Counted from the first letter of the stretch, positions 9,227 through 18,546 are shown. The stretch: 64,000 nt of DNA from Nitrosopumilaceae archaeon (GCA_965203465.1 CBDBCR010000001.1:800001-864000); one strand, 5' to 3'. A program made the numbers and translations. The notes: generated by a model from the letters alone, not told the origin.

Positions 9227-9997
9227 ATGTCGGCAATATGCCCGGGCCACGTGCTGGATCGTAGCGTGCGGGATCGGGCGCGCCGCGAGTTCGCCCGCCT
9301 GATCCAATGGGGGATTCTCCACGCGGCTGACACCGTAGCTGTCATGGCCGAGACGCTGGAAACGAACCCCTACGCGGTCTTGGGCTGGGGGAGCCCGGAA
9401 TCTAAAGCGTACGCTCGGGCAGCAGGCGCCAAGGACTGGAGCCTCGCAGACAAGATATACCTCGACTGGCTCAAAATGCACGATCTGCTCGCGTACCGCT
9501 ACACGCTGTACATGGAGAGTCTGGCACGCGAGTTCACCGAGGCCCTGGCCCACAACGCATCCAGGGCCGGAACGCTATACCGCTGGATGAGCTTGGAAGA
9601 GTTGCCAAGCTACCTGGACGGCACGTTCAAAAGCAGGACGGAGGCGGGCGGCGGGAGCCGCGGATACAAGGCGTTCAGTTTGTGGATCAACGCATACGCC
9701 GGCAAGCGTGCGGCGTCGGTCACGGTGCCCGTCAACTACAAGATCCGTAGCGCTCTCCGGCCCGCAGCATATACGACCGTGCCTTGGCCGGTTCAGTCCG
9801 CGGACGAAAGAATCGACAGCCGCAAGCACCTCCTCCACGCGGGCGAGACCGAGTGCAGGCTGCGCGACGGCACCCGCGTGCCAGACGGCGCCTTTATCAG
9901 CGTGCAGAGGCGCGCGCTGGACGCGTCGCCCGATCCCCCGCAGTATTACTCGATGCTTGAGTCTCTGGAGGACGTGATACCTGTGCGCTTCGTTTAG
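9227..9997 (+). CDS. Hypothetical protein, putative R-S-E clade ADP-ribosyltransferase fold
   Basis: TLYRWMS ... KAFSL ... GETECRL in ART-like order. TTTTAA box upstream. Confidence 0.45.
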   Translation: MSAICPGHVLDRSVRDRARREFARLIQWGILHAADTVAVMAETLETNPYAVLGWGSPESKAYARAAGAKDWSLADKIYLDWLKMHDLLAYRYTLYMESLAREFTEALAHNASRAGTLYRWMSLEELPSYLDGTFKSRTEAGGGSRGYKAFSLWINAYAGKRAASVTVPVNYKIRSALRPAAYTTVPWPVQSADERIDSRKHLLHAGETECRLRDGTRVPDGAFISVQRRALDASPDPPQYYSMLESLEDVIPVRFV

Positions 9998-10361
9998 GGG
10001 CGGCCAGCACCCGTTTCCACTCTTCTGCGGCCGCCTTTTGGGCAAGCGCCCACGAGTACTCGTCGATCTCTTTGCTCTTGACGCGGCAGGCCGCGATCTT
10101 TTCCTCGTCGGTCATGTACCTGCAGGCGTGCCGCCAAGTGATCCTGAGGACTGCATCCGAAGCCTCCGTTTTGAGCTCGTCCGGTATGGTCGGGCCGCTA
10201 AGCGGAACGGAGGCGAATATCAAGCGGGCCCTTCGCTCCGCGACCTTTTTCCAGGCCTCAAAGTATTCGGCGGATCTGGCTTTCCTGTCGCTTTCCTCCC
10301 ACGGGGTGTTGATGATGCTCTCCATCGTGTTGGCAAACTCGGGTGGCTCGGCCTTCTGCAT
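9897..10361 (-). CDS. Hypothetical helical protein convergent with the ART-like gene
   Basis: ATG 10361 lies about 25 bp downstream of TTTATA on the minus strand. The 3' end overlaps the convergent gene by about 100 bp. Confidence 0.6.
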   Translation of the reverse strand: MQKAEPPEFANTMESIINTPWEESDRKARSAEYFEAWKKVAERRARLIFASVPLSGPTIPDELKTEASDAVLRITWRHACRYMTDEEKIAACRVKSKEIDEYSWALAQKAAAEEWKRVLAAPKRSAQVSRPPETQASSNTAGDRATRPARASAR

Positions 10362-10736
10362 GGCCCACCCTAGAATGGCGGGTATAAATCTCAAACGCTG
10401 TTCACACAGGCACGGCCCCGGCCCCGGCCGCCTACACGTCCACCTGGGACCTTTCGCCCGGCACCGGGCACCCTGTCGCTTGCATCACATCTCTGGCGAT
10501 CTAGGGGCGGGGGATGTTTCGGCATCCGCGTTTCGGCATCCGGGCGGGGCCGCGCCGACAAACAGATCGCGCCGGCCGGCGGCGGGCCCGTGCTGCCGGG
10601 CCGGCAGAAACGCGGGCGCGCGGAAGAGGCGCAGTTGCGCGCAAATTGATCGTCGGCCGAGCTTGGCTTCAGGCGCGATTCCCGAACAAAGACTATATAT
10701 ACGGGCAGGACTAGATGCCGCGCGGGCGGCGGCGCC

Positions 10737-12555
10737 GTATGCACTCACCCCCTCCGTCCGACGCCTGAGACGGACTGACGCTGCCCGTAGCGCGTCCGGC
10801 GGCCCGTCAGGCGCGGTCAGGCAACAGCCGCCGCCGGAGCCGGCCGTCGCCCCGCCTCGGCCCCGGGCGGCCTCGGCAGGCCGGAGGCGGGCGAATCGAA
10901 TACCGACCAGTCGCGCGGCGCCGGCGGCCCGGGGTTGAACATGTCCCATCCGGGGTCGCGCAGCATCTCGACTACCGCCCTACACGGAAATACGTCGTTC
11001 ATGCCGCACGTCATGACGAACGTCAGCAGCCTGGAGAATACCTCGCGCCCCTCCGGCGTCGTGATCTGGTGGCGCACGTTGCGGTGCCTGACCGGGCCGT
11101 CCCTTATGGCGAGCTCGGCGGCGTTGTTGTGCGGCGGCATGCCCGGGTACGACAGGAACGTGAACATGTGCGGCACCGCCTTGGCCAAGTGCTTTTTCAG
11201 CCTGCCTTCCGGGTACGCCGAGATCATAGAGCGCACCTCGCGCGTCAGCTCGGTCACGGTGAACGGCGCGGCCGTCTTCATTTTCTTGATCTTGTGGTAA
11301 AAGCCCGAGGCCTGCTCGTGCCTCGCGCGATCGCCCGCGTCGCCGTCCACGGCCGGCGCCTCTACGTGGCCGAGCAGGTGCCTCCAGCACCTCTGCACGG
11401 CGGCGAACACGGCAGGGTACGACGGGTTTCCGTCGGCGACGATCGCCAGGTGCTGGAGCCAGCCGAAATATTCCCGCAGGAACGGGATCCCCTTGTGGGG
11501 CGTGGCGACGACGAACGCCGCGTGCTTGCATATGAACACCCACACGGTGCCCACCTTGCCGACTATCCCTATCTTGATGCCGGTCTCGTCGCCCTGCACG
11601 AATTTGCACCTCAGGAACGCCCGTTTGATGAGGTCCAGCTGCCTGTCCAGCGCGCAAGAGACCGCTTTGCGCGCCGAGGCTATGGCCGACTCCGACACCT
11701 TGAACCCGAAGAACGCTTCGAGAAGGCGCGAAATGTCCGCGTCGGTGCACCGCATCCCGTACAGCTCCGTTACCAGGCCCAGCAGCACCGGCCCCATCGA
11801 CGTGCCCTCCAGGAACGGGGACGGGGCGACGATCTTCTTATTGCAGTCCGGGCACCGCCCCGTCTCCAGGACGGCGATGAACGTGACCACCTTTCTGCAC
11901 TTGTCGAAATCCGAAACCGTCTTGTGTATGCATTCCCTGCTTTCGAGCCGCGCCCCGCACCCGCAGCGCGAGACCGTGTACTTTCTGCACAGCACCGGCA
12001 CGTTGGCGTGTGAGACGCCGGGGTGCACCGCCGGCGGGCCCCTCTTGCGGCCCTTGCCGCCCGGCCGCACCGGCCTGTCCGAGCCGGACCCGTCGCTCCC
12101 CCGCGCCCCGTGCTTTTTGCGGTACTTGTTGCGCCTGTGGTTGAACTGCGACTTTGTCGACGACGGGGCGTTGGGGCCCTCGTACAGGGCCAGCCTGGCC
12201 TTGTACTTTTCCTTCTCGGCCCTCTCCGAGGCCACCTGCTCTTTCAATACCACGATCTGGTTGTCCTGGTCGAAGATCATGATGTGGGCCGCGACCAGCT
12301 CCCCGCGCAGCAGTACAGCTTCCGACGCCATGGGTGCGGCCCGAAAGACCCCGGATCTAAAGATGTCGATCAATTTTTGTTGACTTTTTGTTCATTCTGC
12401 GTTTACGGCCGGGGGGCAGACAAGCCCCGGCCGGGGGGCCGGACGGGCGCGCGCCGCGGCTGCGGGCGCCCGACCGTGGGTTCACCCGCCCCTGCAGTGC
12501 GTCAGCCTAGGGCGTTTCGTGCCTACGGGCCGGGGGGGGGGGGGTGAGTGCATAC
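10737..12555 (-). mobile_element. Complete single-ORF IS66-family (ISBst12-like) insertion sequence
   Basis: 16-bp TIRs GTATGCACTCACCCCC at 10737 and GGGGGTGAGTGCATAC ending at 12555. 8-bp TSD GCGGCGCC at 10729-10736 and 12556-12563. Confidence 0.93.
10817..12331 (-). CDS. IS66-family DDE transposase (TnpC-like)
   Basis: Coiled coil plus NAPSS, Zn-ribbon cysteines, QGDET, VADG, QRCWRHLL and PPHNNAAELAIR. Start could alternatively be 12373. Confidence 0.9.
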   Translation of the reverse strand: MASEAVLLRGELVAAHIMIFDQDNQIVVLKEQVASERAEKEKYKARLALYEGPNAPSSTKSQFNHRRNKYRKKHGARGSDGSGSDRPVRPGGKGRKRGPPAVHPGVSHANVPVLCRKYTVSRCGCGARLESRECIHKTVSDFDKCRKVVTFIAVLETGRCPDCNKKIVAPSPFLEGTSMGPVLLGLVTELYGMRCTDADISRLLEAFFGFKVSESAIASARKAVSCALDRQLDLIKRAFLRCKFVQGDETGIKIGIVGKVGTVWVFICKHAAFVVATPHKGIPFLREYFGWLQHLAIVADGNPSYPAVFAAVQRCWRHLLGHVEAPAVDGDAGDRARHEQASGFYHKIKKMKTAAPFTVTELTREVRSMISAYPEGRLKKHLAKAVPHMFTFLSYPGMPPHNNAAELAIRDGPVRHRNVRHQITTPEGREVFSRLLTFVMTCGMNDVFPCRAVVEMLRDPGWDMFNPGPPAPRDWSVFDSPASGLPRPPGAEAGRRPAPAAAVA

Positions 12556-12602
12556 GCGGCGCCAGCGCCAACGTTCATAACGACGGTTCCGCGCTTTCGC
12601 GC

Positions 12603-13109
12603 GTGGAATCCAGGAGGGAAAGGCTGAGGATCGGCCTGGCGCACAAGCAGCAAGTCATCTTTTTGGTCATGCTCGCGGTGGGCGGCGGCCTCTTGACGGC
12701 GAGCCTTCTGTCCGGCCCCTACGTGGCCGAGGGCATAGCCTTTATGTTGGTGGGGCTGGCAGGGTTGCTCATGTCGTGGACCACGTTCGACATAGGCGCC
12801 GGGATCAAGGAGGTAGTCCGCGAGGTGGGCAGGGAGAACCGCGAAGCTGTCCGCGAGGTGGGCAGGGAGAACCGCGAAGCTGTCCGCGAGGTGGGCAGGG
12901 AGAGCCGGGAGGCGCTGGACAGAACGCTGGACAGAATTCTGGAGGCGCAAAGAGAGTCCCAGAAAGAGACGCGGGAGCTGATAGCAGAGTCCCAGAAAGA
13001 GACGCGGGAGCTGATAGGCAAGATGTCTGAATCACAAGACCGGATATCAAAGTCCCAAGACAGCATCGCGAGGCTGCTGGAGCGCGTGGTAAAGAACTCC
13101 GGGGCCTGA
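12603..13109 (+). CDS. 2-TM membrane protein with 11-aa-repeat coiled-coil tail, paralogue 1
   Basis: GTG after the shared promoter AACGTTCATAACGACGG. Two hydrophobic segments, then VREVGRENREA x about 3 and ESQKETRELIA x2. Confidence 0.75.
   Translation: MESRRERLRIGLAHKQQVIFLVMLAVGGGLLTASLLSGPYVAEGIAFMLVGLAGLLMSWTTFDIGAGIKEVVREVGRENREAVREVGRENREAVREVGRESREALDRTLDRILEAQRESQKETRELIAESQKETRELIGKMSESQDRISKSQDSIARLLERVVKNSGA
12816..13017 (+). repeat. Two blocks of 33-bp coding tandem repeats
   Basis: gtccgcgaggtgggcagggaga at 12816, 12849 and 12882. agagtcccagaaagagacgcgggagctgatag at 12953 and 12986. Confidence 0.9.
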
Positions 13110-13229
13110 CGGCCGGATCGCGCCGGCAGCAGCATCGACGCCGTTCGCGGCACGCCCGCAACGCGCTGCATGAGCGTGGCAAAAAGTGCCGTCGGACGCC
13201 TGATCTACGGCATCTGCGAAACCGGAGGC

Positions 13230-13370
13230 CCGAAAGGACGCCCCATCGTGATCAGGCGCCTGATCGGGAAGCGCCGCGTGACCGAGGGGGCGTTCGGCAG
13301 GATCGCGACCTGCGCGCTGACCTGGCGCAAGCGGGGCCCGGACGCCTACGGCGAGTTCTACCGGCGCCCC
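13230..13370 (+). pseudogene. Possible C-terminal remnant of a second IS66-like transposase
   Basis: RPIVIRRLIG..TEGAFGRIATCALTWRKRG resembles the TnpC C-terminus (compare PVRHRNV..TPEG..FSRLLTFVMTC in the intact copy). Confidence 0.4.
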
Positions 13371-13407
13371 CGCCAACGTTCATAACGACGGATCCGCGCT
13401 TTCCGGC

Positions 13408-13863
13408 GTGGAAAACAAAAAAGACTGGGTAAGGATCGGCCTGGTACAAAAGCAGCAGGTTATCTTTGCGGCCATGCTCGTGGTTGGCGGCGGCCTCTTG
13501 ACGGCGAGCCTGCTGACCGAGCGCTTTCTGGCGGCCGAGGGCATAGCGTTTATTTTGGTGGGGCTGGCGGGGCTGCTCATGTCGTGGACCACGTTCGACA
13601 TAGGCGCCGGAATAAAGGAAACGGTCCGCGAGGTTGGCCGGCAGAACAGGGAGGCAATCCGCGAGGCGAGCAGGGACAACATGGCGGCGCTGGACAGAAT
13701 GGCGGAGGCCCAAAAAGAGGCCCAAAAGGAGTCCCAAAAAGAGACGCGCGAGATGATAGCAGAGTCCCAAAAAGAGACGCGCGAGCTGGTGGGCAGGATA
13801 GCAGAGTCACAAAACGCCATCGCGAAACTGCTGGAGCGCGTGGTAAAGAACTCGGGGGCCTGA
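13408..13863 (+). CDS. 2-TM membrane protein with coiled-coil tail, paralogue 2
   Basis: Near-identical to paralogue 1 (LMSWTTFDIGAGIKE...LLERVVKNSGA) with the same promoter motif. Confidence 0.8.
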   Translation: MENKKDWVRIGLVQKQQVIFAAMLVVGGGLLTASLLTERFLAAEGIAFILVGLAGLLMSWTTFDIGAGIKETVREVGRQNREAIREASRDNMAALDRMAEAQKEAQKESQKETREMIAESQKETRELVGRIAESQNAIAKLLERVVKNSGA

Positions 13864-14001
13864 CTACCAGATCGCCCGGGCCGCGCCGGAGACGCGGCGA
13901 AAGCCCCCTGCAAATCTACCCGGGCGGCAGGCAGAGCCGCGCCGTTCCGGCGAGCGGGCTGGCTCGCGCCCGCGCCAACGTCCATAGCGACGGTTCCGCG
14001 C

Positions 14002-14374
14002 GTGGAATCTAGGAGGGAAAGGCTAAGGATCGGCCTGGCACACAAGTAGCAGGTCATCTTCGTGGCCATGCTGTCGGGGGGCGGCGGCTTCTTGCTGGCA
14101 AGCACGCTGTCCGGCCTACGTGGCCGAGAGCATGGCGTTTATTCTGGCGGGGTTGTTCATGTCGTGGACCACGTTCGACATAGGCGCCGGAATAAAGAAA
14201 ACAGTCCGCGAGGTGGGCCGGGACAACCGGGAGGCGCTGGGCAGAATCGCAGAGTCGCAAAAAGAGACGCGGGATCTGATGGACAAGATGTCAGAATCCC
14301 AAGACAGGATATCAGAATCCCAAGACGGCATCGCGAGGCTGCTGGAGCGCGCGCTAAAGAGCCCGGGGGCCTGA
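14002..14374 (+). pseudogene. Paralogue 3, disrupted
   Basis: GTG 14002, CAG>TAG stop at 14047, 2-bp deletion near 14115, and an altered promoter (GTCCATAG). Confidence 0.8.
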
Positions 14375-14454
14375 CGGCCGGATCGCCCGGACCGGGGCGG
14401 CCCGCCAGCGCACATCCGAGGGCCCGGCGCGCCCCCGGCCGAGCAGTGTCGTAG

Positions 14455-14528
14455 TGGGCCCGAAGGGCTTCGATCCCCCGGCTCACCGATTATGAGTCGG
14501 TTACTCTACCAAGCTGAGTTACGGGCCC
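14455..14528 (-). tRNA. tRNA with CAT anticodon, probably tRNA-Ile2 (agmatidine) rather than Met
   Basis: Minus strand GGGCCCGTAACTCAGCTTGGTAGAG..ACCGA-CTCATAA-TCGGT..CGGGCCCA. GGGCCC acceptor stem is typical of archaeal Ile tRNAs. TTTTATA box upstream. Confidence 0.9.
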
Positions 14529-14561
14529 ACGGGCGGGCCGACCCCGAGATGCTATAAAATG

Positions 14562-15176
14562 TTAACAGTACGCCTCGTAGCACGAATCGAGCAGCATGTG
14601 CTGCGCGTCGAGGGACGCAGAGGCGCTCTCCAGCGCGCCGGGGCCGCCTAGCGCGCCCCTCCAAGAGGCCGCGTGCCTCACGTCGGCCTCCATGTGCAGG
14701 CGGAAATACTCGGTTGCCCGCTCCGAGCCGATGCCATAAAACTCGGCCAGCCCGTCCAGCTTTGCCCGGCTTATGGCGGGTATCTCTTTTTCGAAAGCGT
14801 ACATGGCCGCCGCGCCGCCCCCGTAGGTTCCCATCAGGGATCCCAAAAGGGCCACGGCCCTGCGCGTCTTTTCGAGGCCCGCGTACGAGTCCAGCTCCGC
14901 TGCCGGCACGCCCAGGCTCGAGGCGAACCTGCGCCACGGCCCTATGTGGGAGCGCTCCTCTTCCCTGTTGGACGCAAGCTCGGCCCTCTCGGATTCGGGC
15001 GCCAGATCTATGATGGGATCCATGAACCCCGGCACCGCCTTTACCAGCTGAAAGTACTCTTTCGAATAGCCGGCCAAGGAACCGAGGCTCAGCTCGCCTG
15101 CCGACCACGCGCGGTAGAACGGGTGCTTTAGGAGGCTCCTCGCCTCTATCATGGCGTCGATGCGCGCGGCCTGCAT
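14562..15176 (-). CDS. CADD/PqqC/TenA-superfamily heme-oxygenase-like diiron protein (CADD-like)
   Basis: LLKHPFYRAWSAGEL, EEERSH..W, AFE and YFRLHMEADVRH metal ligands. Confidence 0.8.
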   Translation of the reverse strand: MQAARIDAMIEARSLLKHPFYRAWSAGELSLGSLAGYSKEYFQLVKAVPGFMDPIIDLAPESERAELASNREEERSHIGPWRRFASSLGVPAAELDSYAGLEKTRRAVALLGSLMGTYGGGAAAMYAFEKEIPAISRAKLDGLAEFYGIGSERATEYFRLHMEADVRHAASWRGALGGPGALESASASLDAQHMLLDSCYEAYC

Positions 15177-15526
15177 GTGGGGGCGGGCCCGGCGGCCCGA
15201 TTAAAAACGTTGGCCGCGCGCCTCGGGGCGCGGAACCCGCCCCGCAGCTCGCAGGCGATCGCCGGCGCTTCCGCCCGGCTAGCGGCCGCCCGCGGCGCGA
15301 ACGCGCGCCGCGGACTGGGGCCGTTTCAGGCCCGGCCGCAGTTCGGACGATCCGCCGCCGGACGGCGGCCCGGCGCCGCTTCGCCGCGCAGCGGAGCCCG
15401 AGCCCGCGCGCAACGGCGCCGCGCATGCCGAGCCGGAGCGGCCTAGGCACGCCAGTCAAATCGACCCGAGTCCACACGGCAAACCCCAAACAAGGTTTAT
15501 ACGGCTCTGGAGCGGAATTGGGCCAC

Positions 15527-16135
15527 ATGACGGGGCAGGGCTTGTCGGCGTCCGGCAGCCTTTCTAGGCGCGACTTTCTGAAACTCATGGGTGCCGCCGG
15601 CACGGGCCTCGCGTTCGCCCCGTTCGTCCCCTGGGGCAACTTTCTGCCCAACCCGCACGGGGCCGTGCTCGAAAAGGTCCCCGTAGAGCTGCCCGAGGGC
15701 TCGCAGGCCAACGTGCACACGTTCCCGACCAACTTCGCCGAGGTCATCACGTACCCAAAGACCGGCGACAGGGTGCTCGACGGCGAGGCCTTCCGCAAGT
15801 GGCAGTTCATCCGGCTCCCCGAGGAGATGGGCGGCTCTGCCAACGATCCGAGCGCGTTTCGGGCCTACAGCATGGTCTGCCTGCACCTGTGGTGCCTGTG
15901 GTCGTACGTCTCGGCCGAGGGCCGCAAGCGCGGCGAGTGCCCATGCCACGGCAGCATGTACGATCCCACGACGGGCGAGGCCATACAGGGCCCCGCTTCG
16001 GTGCAGGCGGCCCCCTCCAACGTGCTGCCGCATCTGCTCTTCGAGGTGGACAGCGACGGGTACGTCTGGATACTGCCGCCCACGTGGAGCCCCAACGAGA
16101 ACGGAGTGATAGGTTATGGACGCTTCCTTAAATAA
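15527..16135 (+). CDS. Rieske 2Fe-2S subunit of complex III with Tat signal
   Basis: SRRDFLK, CLHLWC and CPCHGSMY. Confidence 0.92.
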   Translation: MTGQGLSASGSLSRRDFLKLMGAAGTGLAFAPFVPWGNFLPNPHGAVLEKVPVELPEGSQANVHTFPTNFAEVITYPKTGDRVLDGEAFRKWQFIRLPEEMGGSANDPSAFRAYSMVCLHLWCLWSYVSAEGRKRGECPCHGSMYDPTTGEAIQGPASVQAAPSNVLPHLLFEVDSDGYVWILPPTWSPNENGVIGYGRFLK

Positions 16136-17525
16136 CCGCACGGGCGTCGTGTCCCTCCTGTACTGGATCTGGGACGGCATAGACCGCACCATTTTCACCG
16201 CCATAAAGTTCTCGTTCCCCGCGCGCTTCGTGAGCCCGTTCGGGTTCCTCGGCATGCTCACGTTCATCGTCTTCGTGATACTGGGGATCTCGGGCGCGCT
16301 GCTCATGTTCTACTACCAGCCCATACTGGACAGGGCGTGGGACAGCGTGCAGTTCATCAACGACGAGGTGCCCTTCGGCTTCCACATACGCAACATACAC
16401 TACCACGGCTCCAACGCCATGGTGCTGCTGGCCGTCCTGCACATGTACTACCAGTACTTTAGCGGCCGCTACAAGATCCGCAACGAGATACTCTGGGTGA
16501 CAGGCGTGATACTGGGCGTGGTGACGATACTGGAGGCCTTTACGGGCTACGACGTCATATTCAGCGAGCGGGCCGAGCTTGCCATCAGCATCGCCGCCTC
16601 GCTGACAAACTCCATGCCGGTGATAGGGCCGGTGGTGCGCGACGCCATGTTCGGCAACGGGTTCTCCGACTTTGTGCTGCGCTTCTACGCGCAGCACGTG
16701 TTCCTGCTGCCCCTCGTGATGCTGGGCCTCATGGCCGTCCACTTTCCGCGGTTCCTCGTCTTCGACGTGCCCATGGTCATGGCCATCGGCGGGGCCATAC
16801 TGATAACCGGAGGGGTCTTCCCCATAGACCTGGGGTTCAAGTTCGACCCCAACGTGCCGCCCGGCATCACCGTCCCCGAGTGGTACCTGACCGGCATCTA
16901 CGCGTTCATGCGGACGCAGTACGACAAGTTCGTCACGGGCATGGCCTGGCCGCTCATATTCATAATCGCGCTGATACTGACTCCGTTCCTTGACCGCTAC
17001 AAAAAGTTCTCCTGGCGCGACCGCCCCCTGGTGACCGCCTTCGGCATAACGGGGATAGCGCAGGTCATGGTGACCACGTACTGGGGGTTCTACATATCGC
17101 CGGACACCAGCATAGACCTCGTCCAGAGGCTGGTCATAGACCCGGTGTTCCTGTACACCACGATGCTGCTGCTCGTGCCGGTCGGCTTTGGGTTCAGCTA
17201 CATGATGATAAAGATGTCAAAGGAGGCCGAGCGCAAGGCCAAACTGGCAAAGGCCAACGGGCCAAAGAAGGTGGCCGCCATCAACCTGTCCGAAAAGTGG
17301 GTCAACTGGGTGATAGTGGCCCTCATCGCGTTCCAGGTGTTCCTCAACATCGCCGCCTACAACGCGGCGCTGACCGGCATGAACAACCTCTCGCTGTTCT
17401 TCGTGGGGCTGGTGCTAATCGTCTTCGCCTCGCTGTTCCACGTGTACAGGTACGCCATGGCAAAGGCGAAGGAGGCGCCGCCGCCCCCGCCGGCGGCGGG
17501 CGTGCCGGAGCTGGCAAAGGCCTGA
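16116..17525 (+). CDS. petB: Cytochrome b of complex III
   Basis: RNIHYHGSN..VLH, PEWY motif and multiple TM helices. Confidence 0.92.
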   Translation: MDASLNNRTGVVSLLYWIWDGIDRTIFTAIKFSFPARFVSPFGFLGMLTFIVFVILGISGALLMFYYQPILDRAWDSVQFINDEVPFGFHIRNIHYHGSNAMVLLAVLHMYYQYFSGRYKIRNEILWVTGVILGVVTILEAFTGYDVIFSERAELAISIAASLTNSMPVIGPVVRDAMFGNGFSDFVLRFYAQHVFLLPLVMLGLMAVHFPRFLVFDVPMVMAIGGAILITGGVFPIDLGFKFDPNVPPGITVPEWYLTGIYAFMRTQYDKFVTGMAWPLIFIIALILTPFLDRYKKFSWRDRPLVTAFGITGIAQVMVTTYWGFYISPDTSIDLVQRLVIDPVFLYTTMLLLVPVGFGFSYMMIKMSKEAERKAKLAKANGPKKVAAINLSEKWVNWVIVALIAFQVFLNIAAYNAALTGMNNLSLFFVGLVLIVFASLFHVYRYAMAKAKEAPPPPPAAGVPELAKA

Positions 17526-18455
17526 ATGGCCGGTTTCATGCGGTCCCTGCGCGAGCGGGCGCTGCTGCTGGACGGGGCCATGGGCACGCAGATACAGGAG
17601 CTCAACCCGTCGCCGTCGGACTTTCCGGGCGGCCGGGACGGGTTCAACGACGGGCTGGTCCTGACGCGCCCCGAGTGGATAGCCCGGATACACAAGAGCT
17701 ACCTGGAGGCGGGGGCCGACTGCATCGAGACCAACTCGTTCGGCTCCAACCGGATAAAGCTCGACGAGTACGGCATGGGGGACCGGACCGTCGAGCTAAA
17801 CGCAAAGACGGCCGGGCTTGCGCGCGAGGCGGCCGGCGCGTACCCGGGCACGCACGTGCTCGGCTCGATGGGCCCGTCGGGGTACCTGCCCAGCTCCGAC
17901 GATCCGGACCTGGGCCGAATGCCGCTGGGGCAGATACGCGAGGCGTTCCGGCTGCAGGCCCGCGGCCTCATGGAGGGGGGCGTGGACGCGCTGCTCATAG
18001 AGACCAGCCAGGATGTGCTGGAGGTAAAGCTTGCAATAGAGGCGTGCCACGAGGCCGGATCGCGCGAGCGGGGCGTGCCGGTCATCGCCAACGCCACGCT
18101 GGACAAGTACGGCAAGATGCTGCTGGGCACGCCGGTGCAGTCGGCGTACGCGACGGCCGCCGGCATGGGAATAGACGTCTTCGGGCTCAACTGCTCTACG
18201 GGGCCCGACGAGATGGAGCCGAGCATACGCTGGCTGGACGCCCATTCGTCCCACGACGTGCTCGTGGTGCCCAACGCGGGCATGCCCGAGAACGAGGGGG
18301 GGCGCGCCGTGTACCGCATGAACCCCGAGCAGATGGCCTCGTCGCTCGGCAGGATAATGGACGGCAACGGGCGCGTGAGGGCCGTGGGGGGCTGCTGCGG
18401 GACGGGGCCAGACCACATAGCGAGGCTGCGCGGCGCGCTCGACGAGCGCCGCTAG
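17526..18455 (+). CDS. metH: Methionine synthase, homocysteine-binding module (split MetH)
   Basis: LDGAMGT, GLNCSTG, PNAG and GGCCGT zinc motifs. Confidence 0.92.
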   Translation: MAGFMRSLRERALLLDGAMGTQIQELNPSPSDFPGGRDGFNDGLVLTRPEWIARIHKSYLEAGADCIETNSFGSNRIKLDEYGMGDRTVELNAKTAGLAREAAGAYPGTHVLGSMGPSGYLPSSDDPDLGRMPLGQIREAFRLQARGLMEGGVDALLIETSQDVLEVKLAIEACHEAGSRERGVPVIANATLDKYGKMLLGTPVQSAYATAAGMGIDVFGLNCSTGPDEMEPSIRWLDAHSSHDVLVVPNAGMPENEGGRAVYRMNPEQMASSLGRIMDGNGRVRAVGGCCGTGPDHIARLRGALDERR

Positions 18456-18546
18456 CGGGCGCGGTATCCAGATGTTCGAAAGTCCCACACTCCCAAGCAG
18501 AACAAGACATCCATCACCGAGTATGATCGCCGACTATCCGGCCTGT

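Noticed and set aside
7753-10361. Intact provirus
   Set aside because: No terminase, portal, tail, integrase or replication genes are recognisable around the capsid-like gene.
12603-14374. Diversity-generating retroelement acting on the paralogues
   Set aside because: No reverse transcriptase, and the differences are indels and general substitutions rather than adenine-specific changes.
15527-17525. Complex III lacking cytochrome c1 as a novelty
   Set aside because: This is a known feature of ammonia-oxidising archaea.
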